Source of the DNA: Actinomycetes bacterium
Lineage (GTDB): Bacteria; Actinomycetota; Actinomycetes; Actinomycetales; Microbacteriaceae
Direction of reading: 5' to 3'
Length of the DNA stretch: 44,742 bases
Assembly (NCBI GenBank): GCA_023457615.1
Contig: JAEWKY010000268.1
Span: 1 to 44,742 of the forward strand
The notes beneath the pieces are model-generated. The model was not told the origin of the DNA. It searched no databases and saw only the letters and a list, made by a program, of their open reading frames with translations. Positions 37,837 through 44,742 of this stretch are shown one piece after another (position 1 is the stretch's first letter; each line of letters opens with the position of its first letter). A program made the translations under genes and the position numbers.

Positions 37837-38769
37837 ATGCCGTCGTACAGCTACCTCGGGCCCGCCGGCACCTTCACCTGGGTCGCGCTGACGCAGGTGC
37901 CCGAGGCGCAGGGCGCGGAGTGGCGCAGCGTCAACAACGTCGGCGAGGCGCTCGACGACGTGCTCACCGGCCGCAGCGTCGGCGCCGTGATCGCGATCGA
38001 GAACAGCGTCGAGGGCGGCGTGAGCGCGACGCAGGATGCCCTCGCGAACATCCCGGGGCTCCGCATCGTCGGCGAGTACCTCGTGCCCGTCAACTTCTCG
38101 CTCGTCGCCCGTCCCGGCACGGCGCTGTCCGACGTGCGGGTCGTCGCCGCGCATCCGGTCGCCTACGCACAGTGCCACCTCTGGCTCGACCGGGAGCTGC
38201 CCGACCACGAGCACCTCCCCGCGACCTCCAACGTGAGCGCGGCGACGGGGCTGCTCGAGCCGGGCGGCATCGCGGACGCCGCCGTCGCCCCGCCCGGGAT
38301 CGAGCGCGAGCACGGGGTCGAGGTGCTCGCGACCGGGATCGGCGACAACCCGAACGCCGTCACGCGCTTCGTGCAGGTCTCGGCGAGCCGCGCCATCCCG
38401 GAGCGCACGGGGGCCGACAAGACGAGCGTCATCGTCGAGCTGCCGTCCGACGCGCCCGGCGCGCTCATGGAGATGCTCGAGCAGTTCGCCACCCGCGGCG
38501 TCAACATGAGCCTGCTCGAGTCGCGGCCGATCGGCGACGCCCTCGGCCGCTACAGGTTCGTCGTCGACCTCGACGGTCACATCGCCGACGAGCGGGTCGC
38601 CGACGCGCTGCTCGGACTCAAGCGGTTCAGCCCGAACGTCATGTTCCTGGGGTCGTACCCGCGGGCGGATCGTCAGCAGATCGACGTGCGGTCGCGCTAC
38701 GGCGACGACGTGTTCGTCGAGGCGCGCGACTGGCTGCGCGCGATCCTCTCGGGCGAGCCCGGGGTCTAG
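37837..38769 (+). CDS. pheA: prephenate dehydratase
   Basis: YLGPAGTFT, ENSVEG, catalytic TRF, ACT domain with ESRP. Confidence 0.95.
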   Translation: MPSYSYLGPAGTFTWVALTQVPEAQGAEWRSVNNVGEALDDVLTGRSVGAVIAIENSVEGGVSATQDALANIPGLRIVGEYLVPVNFSLVARPGTALSDVRVVAAHPVAYAQCHLWLDRELPDHEHLPATSNVSAATGLLEPGGIADAAVAPPGIEREHGVEVLATGIGDNPNAVTRFVQVSASRAIPERTGADKTSVIVELPSDAPGALMEMLEQFATRGVNMSLLESRPIGDALGRYRFVVDLDGHIADERVADALLGLKRFSPNVMFLGSYPRADRQQIDVRSRYGDDVFVEARDWLRAILSGEPGV

Positions 38770-38781
38770 GAGAGGTCTCGG

Positions 38782-39327
38782 ATGGCGGACGACTCAGGGA
38801 TCGACCCCCGCTACGCGGCGCAGTTCCAGCGCGGCTACGACCCGTCGGTGCAGGGCACCACGGCGCCCGCGCCGCCGAGGCCGCGAGCCGAGACGCCCGT
38901 GCGGCTTGCCGGGGGACCCGAGTCGGCGGCGGTGCGGGTCCCGGATCGACCCGTCGCCCGCGCGCATCCCGCCGCGCCTCAGCCGTCGGCGGCCCCCGCG
39001 GCATCCGGATCGCGCGAGCGCGGATACCTCGACCCCGAGGCGCCCGAGGTCGAGGCAGGGGAGCCCGAACTCCGCTCCGCACGCCGGCGGCGGCCCGTCG
39101 CGGAATGGGTGCTGCTCGGCTTCGCGGCACTGCAGCTCGTCGGCTCGCATGCCGCCGTGTGGCTGCAGGGCGAGAGCCAGAACGGCGGCGTGAATTTCGG
39201 CCCCGGCCTCGACGGCGTACTGCTCTTCCTCTTCACGAACTCGTTCCCCGGCCCGCTGTTCGTCGGTGGACTCGTCGCGCTCCTCCTCTGGATCGCCCTG
39301 CGCGCGACGGGTCGGGCGTCACGGTGA
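38782..39327 (+). CDS. hypothetical protein, Pro/Ala-rich N-region and two C-terminal TM helices
   Basis: SD AGGAGAGG before the ATG. IDPRYAAQFQRGYDP start. Confidence 0.65.
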   Translation: MADDSGIDPRYAAQFQRGYDPSVQGTTAPAPPRPRAETPVRLAGGPESAAVRVPDRPVARAHPAAPQPSAAPAASGSRERGYLDPEAPEVEAGEPELRSARRRRPVAEWVLLGFAALQLVGSHAAVWLQGESQNGGVNFGPGLDGVLLFLFTNSFPGPLFVGGLVALLLWIALRATGRASR

Positions 39328-39617
39328 GCCTGCGCTGGGTGCTCGCCGCCTTCGGCGTCGCGGCCGTGGCGCTCTCACTGCCCGTGACGATCCTCGTTCG
39401 CATCGCCGCGGTGCAGGCGCGGATGAACTCCCCCGAGGTGGCGGAACTCTCACCCGACGAGCAGGCGGCGCTCGCCCGCGAGGTCAACGACGCCTGGATG
39501 CTCCTGCAGCACCTGCCGTGGTTCGTCGCGGGCGCACTCGTCGCGATCTCCGCGGCGCTTGCGATCCTCGCGCGGCGGGCTCAGCTCGCCGCGTCCGCCT
39601 CCGCGACCGCTTCCTGA
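39324..39617 (+). CDS. small 2-TM hypothetical protein
   Basis: Tail of ORF 37731..39617. GTG at 39324 overlaps the upstream stop. VSLRWVLAAFG...LPWFVAGAL. Confidence 0.6.
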   Translation: MSLRWVLAAFGVAAVALSLPVTILVRIAAVQARMNSPEVAELSPDEQAALAREVNDAWMLLQHLPWFVAGALVAISAALAILARRAQLAASASATAS

Positions 39618-40648
39618 GACGCCTGCTGCTCCTCGGCCTTCTCGTCCCGCGTCGGGGCGTCGAGCGTGTGGCCCGCGGGCAGACGCACCCGCACGGCACC
39701 GGGATCGACCGTCGCGCGAAACCCCTTCACCTCGCCGAAGACGTCGCCGTCGAGCTCGAAGTCGTCGGGGCGCTCGAGCGACACCTCGAACTTCGCGCCC
39801 TTGAGGTAGCGCAGCGTGCGCACCTCCTTCGTCAGGCCCATGAGCTTGCGGCCGACCTGCGAGCGGCGCAGCACGCCGTTCTCCCAGACGATCTTGATCC
39901 ACACCTCGAGCCAGCCGAAGAAGCCCTCCGGCCGCAGCGTCACGATGTCGAAGAGCCCGTCGTCCACGGCCGCCTCGGGCAGCAGCAGGATGTTGCCGGG
40001 CAGCGAGCCGCAGTTGCCGACGAGCACCGTGTGCGCGTTCATCGTGCGCGGGGGCGCGTCGTCCAGGCGGAAGCGCACGCGCATCCTGTTGGTGTCGCGC
40101 AGCGCCTTGCGGATCGCGTCGATGTAGGCGAGCCAGCCGACCTTCTTCTTGAGCTCCTCGTCCTGGTTGACGATCATCTTCGCGTCGAGCCCGATGCCGG
40201 CCATGACGAGGAAGGCGTGCGTCTCGACCGAGCCGTCGGCGCGACGCAGGTCGGCGATGCCGAGATCGATCGCGTGGTCGTCGCCCGTGAAGGCGGTCGC
40301 GACCGACTCCTCGAGGTTGTTGAGCGAGAGGCTCAGGTTGCGCGCGAGGAGGTTGCCCGTGCCCGACGGCAGCAGTGCCAGGGCGGCGTCGGCGTCGCGC
40401 AGGCCTTCGGCGACCGCGCGCACGGTGCCGTCGCCCCCGGCCGCGATCACGACCTCGGCGCCCTGCGCCGCGGCCTCCTTCGCCTGACCCGTGCCCGGGT
40501 CCTCGACGCTCGTCTCGAGCCAGAGGCTCTCGCCCCAGCCGGCGTCCTTCGCGGCCTGGTCGACGGCGACGCGGAGGGCGTCGACATCCACCTTCACGGG
40601 GTTGTAGACCACGGCCGCACGACGCGTGGCCGCAGGCGTCGCGGGCAT
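39581..40648 (-). CDS. diacylglycerol/lipid kinase family protein (DAGK_cat)
   Basis: VVYNP, AGGDGT, PSGTGNLLARNL, GIGLDA, ELDGD. ATG at 40648 lies 6 nt after TACCGT. Confidence 0.9.
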   Translation of the reverse strand: MPATPAATRRAAVVYNPVKVDVDALRVAVDQAAKDAGWGESLWLETSVEDPGTGQAKEAAAQGAEVVIAAGGDGTVRAVAEGLRDADAALALLPSGTGNLLARNLSLSLNNLEESVATAFTGDDHAIDLGIADLRRADGSVETHAFLVMAGIGLDAKMIVNQDEELKKKVGWLAYIDAIRKALRDTNRMRVRFRLDDAPPRTMNAHTVLVGNCGSLPGNILLLPEAAVDDGLFDIVTLRPEGFFGWLEVWIKIVWENGVLRRSQVGRKLMGLTKEVRTLRYLKGAKFEVSLERPDDFELDGDVFGEVKGFRATVDPGAVRVRLPAGHTLDAPTRDEKAEEQQASQEAVAEADAAS

Positions 40649-40714
40649 GCGACCACGGTAGACCACGGGATGCCGGGGCACGGGGGCTTGCGGGGCCGTC
40701 AATAGGATGGGACG

Positions 40715-41977
40715 GTGATCGATCCGCAGCTCCTGCGCGAGAACCCCGATGTCGTCCGGCGCTCGCAGGAGGCGCGCGGCGTCTCTGCCGACACCGTCGA
40801 CGCGGCCATCGCCGCCGACGTCGCCCGCCGCGCCGCGATCCTGGCGTTCGAGACCGTGCGCGCGGAGCAGAACGCGTTCGGCAAGACCGTCGCCGCCGCT
40901 CCGAAGGAGGAGAAGGCCGCGCTCGTCGACCAGGCGAAGGAACTCGCGGCCCAGGTGAAGGCCGCGCAGGCGGCGGTGACCGCGGCGGAGGCGGAGTTCG
41001 ACGAGGTCGTCGGCGGCATCCAGAACGTCGTGCTCGACGGGGTGCCCGCGGGCGGCGAGGAGGACTTCGTCGTGATCCGCGAGGTCGGCGCTCCTCGCGA
41101 GTTCGACTTCGCGCCCCGCGACCACCTCGAGCTCGGCGAGCTGCTCGGCGCGATCGACATGCCGCGCGGCACGAAGGTCTCGGGGTCGCGGTTCTACTTC
41201 CTCAAGGGCGTCGGCGCGCGCCTCGAGTTCGGCCTCATCCAGATGGGGCTCGACCGCGCCCTCGCGGCGGGCTTCGAGCCGCTCATCACGCCGACGCTCG
41301 TGCGGCCCGACATCATGGCGGGCACCGGCTTCCTCGGGGCGCACTCCGACGAGATCTACTACCTCCAGGACGACGACCTCTACCTCACCGGCACGAGCGA
41401 GGTGGCGCTCGCCGGCTACCACAAGGACGAGATCCTCGACGTCTCGAACGGCCCGATCCGCTACGCCGGCATCTCGACGTGCTACCGCCGCGAGGCGGGG
41501 TCGTACGGCAAGGACACCCGCGGAATCATCCGCGTGCACCAGTTCCAGAAGCTCGAGATGTTCTCCTACGCCGACCCGGCCGACGCCGAGAAGGAGCACG
41601 AGGCTCTGCTGGCGATGGAGGAGGGGATGCTCTCCGACCTCGGCCTCGCCTACCGGGTCATCGACGTCGCAGCCGGCGACCTCGGCTCGAGCGCCGCGCG
41701 CAAGTTCGACACCGAGGCCTGGGTGCCGACGCAGGGCGCCTACCGCGAGCTCACGTCGACCTCGAACTGCACGACCTACCAGGCGCGCCGCCTCGACATC
41801 CGCCACCGCGCCGCCGACGGCAAGACGGCGCCCGTCGCCACGCTCAACGGCACGCTCGCGACGACGCGCTGGATCGTCGCGCTGCTCGAGACGCACCAGC
41901 AGGCCGACGGCTCGGTCGTCGTTCCCGAGGCGCTGCGCCCGTACCTGGGCGGCCTCGCCGTGCTGGAACCGAAGTGA
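40715..41977 (+). CDS. serS: serine--tRNA ligase
   Basis: [53 protein letters not shown]. Confidence 0.97.
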   Translation: MIDPQLLRENPDVVRRSQEARGVSADTVDAAIAADVARRAAILAFETVRAEQNAFGKTVAAAPKEEKAALVDQAKELAAQVKAAQAAVTAAEAEFDEVVGGIQNVVLDGVPAGGEEDFVVIREVGAPREFDFAPRDHLELGELLGAIDMPRGTKVSGSRFYFLKGVGARLEFGLIQMGLDRALAAGFEPLITPTLVRPDIMAGTGFLGAHSDEIYYLQDDDLYLTGTSEVALAGYHKDEILDVSNGPIRYAGISTCYRREAGSYGKDTRGIIRVHQFQKLEMFSYADPADAEKEHEALLAMEEGMLSDLGLAYRVIDVAAGDLGSSAARKFDTEAWVPTQGAYRELTSTSNCTTYQARRLDIRHRAADGKTAPVATLNGTLATTRWIVALLETHQQADGSVVVPEALRPYLGGLAVLEPK

Positions 41978-42792
41978 CCCCGTCCGAGCGCTGGCTCGTC
42001 GCGCTCGACGTCGACGGCACCGTGCTGCAGGAGGACGGCACCCTCACCGACGCAACGATCGCCGCCGTGCAGGCGGTGCGGGATGCCGGCCACGAGGTCA
42101 TGCTCTCGACCGGGCGCTCGATGTCGATGACGCTGCCCGTGATGGAGCGGCTGGGCCTGACCTCGGAGTACGTGGTGTGCGCGAACGGCGCCCTCGTGCT
42201 GCGCCGCGATCCCGAGGCGCCCGTCGGCTACGCCCGGCACCACGTCGAGATCTTCGACCCGACCGAGGTGCTCGAGACGATCCGCGGACACCTCGAGGAC
42301 GCGAGCTTCGCCGTCGAGGATGCCGAGGGGGTCTTCCGCTTCACCGGGCACTTCCCCGACGGCGCGCTCGGCGCGGCGAGCCAGAAGGTCGAGTTCGACG
42401 AGCTGCTGCACATGGAGGCCACGCGCGTCGTCGTGCTCTCCCCGGGGCACAAGACCGACGACTTCCTCGACGTCGTCGAGCGGATGGGTCTGCACAAGGT
42501 CACCTACAACGTCGGCTGGACCGCGTGGCTCGACATCGCGCCCGACGGCGTGAACAAGGCGACGGGGCTGGAGCGCGTGCGCGCCGCCCTCGGCATCCCG
42601 GCATCCCGGGTCTTCACCGCGGGCGACGGACGCAACGACATCGACATGCTCGAGTGGACCGCCGCGGGCGGCGGAGTCGGCGTCGCGATGGGGCAGGCGC
42701 CGGACGAGGTGACGGCCGTCGCGACCGAGGTGACGGGCACGGATCTCGACGACGGGCTCGCCGCCGCGCTCACACGGCACTTCCAGGGTTAG
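41974..42792 (+). CDS. Cof-type HAD hydrolase
   Basis: GTG overlaps the serS stop. [29 protein letters not shown]. Confidence 0.92.
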   Translation: MTPSERWLVALDVDGTVLQEDGTLTDATIAAVQAVRDAGHEVMLSTGRSMSMTLPVMERLGLTSEYVVCANGALVLRRDPEAPVGYARHHVEIFDPTEVLETIRGHLEDASFAVEDAEGVFRFTGHFPDGALGAASQKVEFDELLHMEATRVVVLSPGHKTDDFLDVVERMGLHKVTYNVGWTAWLDIAPDGVNKATGLERVRAALGIPASRVFTAGDGRNDIDMLEWTAAGGGVGVAMGQAPDEVTAVATEVTGTDLDDGLAAALTRHFQG

Positions 42793-42833
42793 GGGCCTCC
42801 GGGTCCGTTACGATCGGGATCCGGATTCGCCAG

Positions 42834-42918
42834 GGAGGGCTGTCCGAGCGGCCGATGGAGCCAGTCTTGAAAACTGGTGGGCAGAAATGTCTCGTGGGTT
42901 CGAATCCCACGCCCTCCG
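42834..42918 (+). tRNA. tRNA-Ser (anticodon TGA)
   Basis: Acceptor stem GGAGGGC/GCCCTCC, G73, anticodon arm CCAGT-CTTGAAA-ACTGG, long variable arm, GGTTCGAATCC. CCA not encoded. Confidence 0.96.
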
Positions 42919-42955
42919 CCCCTGCCGTCACCCCATCAGGAAACGAGGTCCCGAC

Positions 42956-44152
42956 GTGAGCACCGCCCGTCACGGACGACTTCCCCGCGCCAGCGCGTGG
43001 AGGTCGGTGCTCGCCGTCGTCGCCGGCGCCCTCGCCGTCGTCCTCGTCGCCGGAGCGTCCGTCGCGGGCATCTCGGTGTGGCAGCTCCAGTCGCAGATCG
43101 AGACCGTCGAGATCGACTACGACGCCGGCGGCGCGCCGGTCAACATCGCCGCCTTCCAGGGCGGGTTCAACATCCTGCTCGTCGGCAGCGACACGCGCGA
43201 GGGTCAGACGGGCGGCTACGGCAGCGACCCCGGATCGACCCTCAACGACGTCAACATGCTGCTGCATGTCTCGGGCGACCAGAAGAGCGCCGTGCTCGTC
43301 AGCATCCCGCGCGACATGGTCGTGCCGATGCCGCGCTGCGAGGAGGGCGGCCCCGCCACGGGCCTGCCGATCAACGAGACCCTGTCGTACGGCGGGCTCA
43401 GCTGCACGGTGCTGACGGTGCAGAACCTCACGGGACTCACTATCCAGTTCGCCGGGCTCATCACCTTCGACGGCGTCATCGCGATGTCGAACGCCGTCGG
43501 CGGCGTCGACGTCTGCATCACCGAGCCGATCTACGACCCGTACACCGGGCTCGACCTGCCCGAGGCCGGCGTGCACAAGCTCTCCGGCTGGGACGCCCTC
43601 GCCTTCCTCCGTTCGCGCCACGGCGTCGGCGACGGCAGCGACCTCGGCCGCATCAGCTCGCAGCAGGTCTACCTCTCGTCGCTCGTGCGCACGCTCAAGA
43701 GCGACGGCACGCTCACCGACTTCGGCAAGCTCTACGGCATCGCCCAGGCGGCGACGCAGAACATGACGCTGTCGGAGGGCTTCGCCCGCCCCGACACCCT
43801 GGTCTCGATCGCGCTCGTGCTCAAGGACATCCCGCTCGAGACGATCGCCATGGTGCAGTACCCGAGTCGCACGGGCGGCACGGGCATCTACACCGGCAAG
43901 GTGCAGCCCGTCACGGCGACGGCCGCGGCGCTGTTCGACGCGATCAAGGCCGACACCCCGATCGGCCTCGACTCGAACGCCGTCGGCGCCAACGGCGGCT
44001 CGACGCTCGACCCGAACGCCCCCGGCGCGACCCCCGACCCGTCGGCCACCCCCGACCCGTCGGCGACGCCCGGCGACGTGCCCGAGGCCGTCGTCATCCC
44101 GGGCCTCAAGGGTCAGACCGCCGCCCAGTACACCTGCTCCGTCGCCAACTGA
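42956..44152 (+). CDS. LCP (LytR-CpsA-Psr) family cell-wall glycopolymer ligase
   Basis: TM anchor, NILLVGSDTR, VSIPRD, ALAFLRSRH..GDGSDLGRISSQQ. Confidence 0.92.
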   Translation: MSTARHGRLPRASAWRSVLAVVAGALAVVLVAGASVAGISVWQLQSQIETVEIDYDAGGAPVNIAAFQGGFNILLVGSDTREGQTGGYGSDPGSTLNDVNMLLHVSGDQKSAVLVSIPRDMVVPMPRCEEGGPATGLPINETLSYGGLSCTVLTVQNLTGLTIQFAGLITFDGVIAMSNAVGGVDVCITEPIYDPYTGLDLPEAGVHKLSGWDALAFLRSRHGVGDGSDLGRISSQQVYLSSLVRTLKSDGTLTDFGKLYGIAQAATQNMTLSEGFARPDTLVSIALVLKDIPLETIAMVQYPSRTGGTGIYTGKVQPVTATAAALFDAIKADTPIGLDSNAVGANGGSTLDPNAPGATPDPSATPDPSATPGDVPEAVVIPGLKGQTAAQYTCSVAN

Positions 44153-44201
44153 CCGGTGCTGCGCGCTCGGCGCGTGCCGCTAGGATGGCTGAGGCAGTCC
44201 G

Positions 44202-44290
44202 GGAGACGTCGCATAGTCCGGTCGAGTGCACCACCCTGCTAAGGTGGAGTCCCCGCAAGGGGACCGCGGGTTCAAATCCCGCCGTCTCCG
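44202..44290 (+). tRNA. tRNA-Ser (anticodon GCT)
   Basis: Acceptor stem GGAGACG/CGTCTCC, G73, anticodon arm CCACC-CTGCTAA-GGTGG, variable arm GTCCCC-GCAA-GGGGAC, GGTTCAAATCC. Confidence 0.96.
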
Positions 44291-44443
44291 CTCTCAGAAG
44301 CCCTGATCAGGGCACGATCGTGGCACCTCGCGCGGCCCTCCTCTCGAGCCATCCCACGCGGAGCCCTGGCGCAGGCTCCGCCCCTCGGATGCCGGGCGCC
44401 CGCCGGCGGCGGCGTCGACCGGAACTCTCCTCCCGCTGACGTG

Positions 44444-44472
44444 TTGACGATGGGAAGGTATCTTCCTATCGT
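44444..44472 (+). promoter_or_regulatory. leaderless promoter with overlapping near-palindromic operator
   Basis: TTGACG-17 nt-TATCGT-6 nt-ATG. Spacer holds ATGGGAAG-GTAT-CTTCCTAT. Confidence 0.75.
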
Positions 44473-44478
44473 GTTCCC

Positions 44479-44742
44479 ATGGTGACCCGACCGCGCGGCA
44501 GGCTGCTCGACCTGGAATACGACGTGCTCGACGCCGTCGTCGCGCTCGAGGGGGCGGGCGACGACGTCTACGGCTTCCGCATCGCGCGGCTCCTCGCCGA
44601 CGGCGAGCGCGATCTCATCGGGCACGGCACGCTCTACAAGGCGCTCGCCCGGCTCACCGCGAGCGGGCTCCTGGACGCGTCGTGGGAGAGCGGCGACGCC
44701 CCCGAGGTCGACGGCCGTCCGCGTCGGCGGCTCTACGCGCTC
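44479..44742 (+). CDS. PadR family regulator, 5' part; runs off the window
   Basis: Not in the ORF track. MVTRPRG...VYGFRIA...GTLYKALARL...GLLDASWE...GRPRRRLY. Confidence 0.88.
   Translation, partial: MVTRPRGRLLDLEYDVLDAVVALEGAGDDVYGFRIARLLADGERDLIGHGTLYKALARLTASGLLDASWESGDAPEVDGRPRRRLYAL

Noticed and set aside
39581..39617. Convergent 3' overlaps (also 21288-21301 and 27033-27046) as antisense regulation
   Set aside because: Short tail-to-tail overlaps are common in compact high-GC genomes. No further evidence.
42834..42918. tRNA with TGA anticodon as a selenocysteine or suppressor tRNA
   Set aside because: Anticodon TGA reads UCA (Ser); tRNA-Sec has anticodon TCA. The 7-bp acceptor stem is canonical.

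Overview
High-GC (~72% by eye) actinobacterial chromosome segment; gene content and promoter style suggest Microbacteriaceae (inference). No transposase, integrase, prophage or CRISPR array was seen. Contents in order: a 2-oxoacid dehydrogenase E1a/E1b/E2 operon with a divergent Lrp regulator; an orphan heme-binding lipoprotein under a DtxR/IdeR box; an L-rhamnose catabolic cluster; a circularly permuted ATP-grasp/alpha-E/transglutaminase operon; GH43; MarR-MFS; the rifamycin-resistance ATPase HelR with its RAE; lplA followed by heme ABC permease/ATPase; a CebR-box cellobiose ABC/GH1 operon; a DHA2 MFS; an M15 peptidase; pgm, pheA, serS, two tRNA-Ser genes, an LCP protein and a partial PadR gene. 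Most notable observations: (1) the RAE looks like an exactly symmetric bidirectional promoter whose non-helR side makes a ~30-nt terminated RNA; (2) a REP-like family shows compensatory stem changes and supplies the stop codons of two genes; (3) the ATP-grasp operon has a poly-Gln tail and a GlnR-like box; (4) the heptamer GGATGCC is apparently over-represented; (5) the heme transporter is split over 18 kb.
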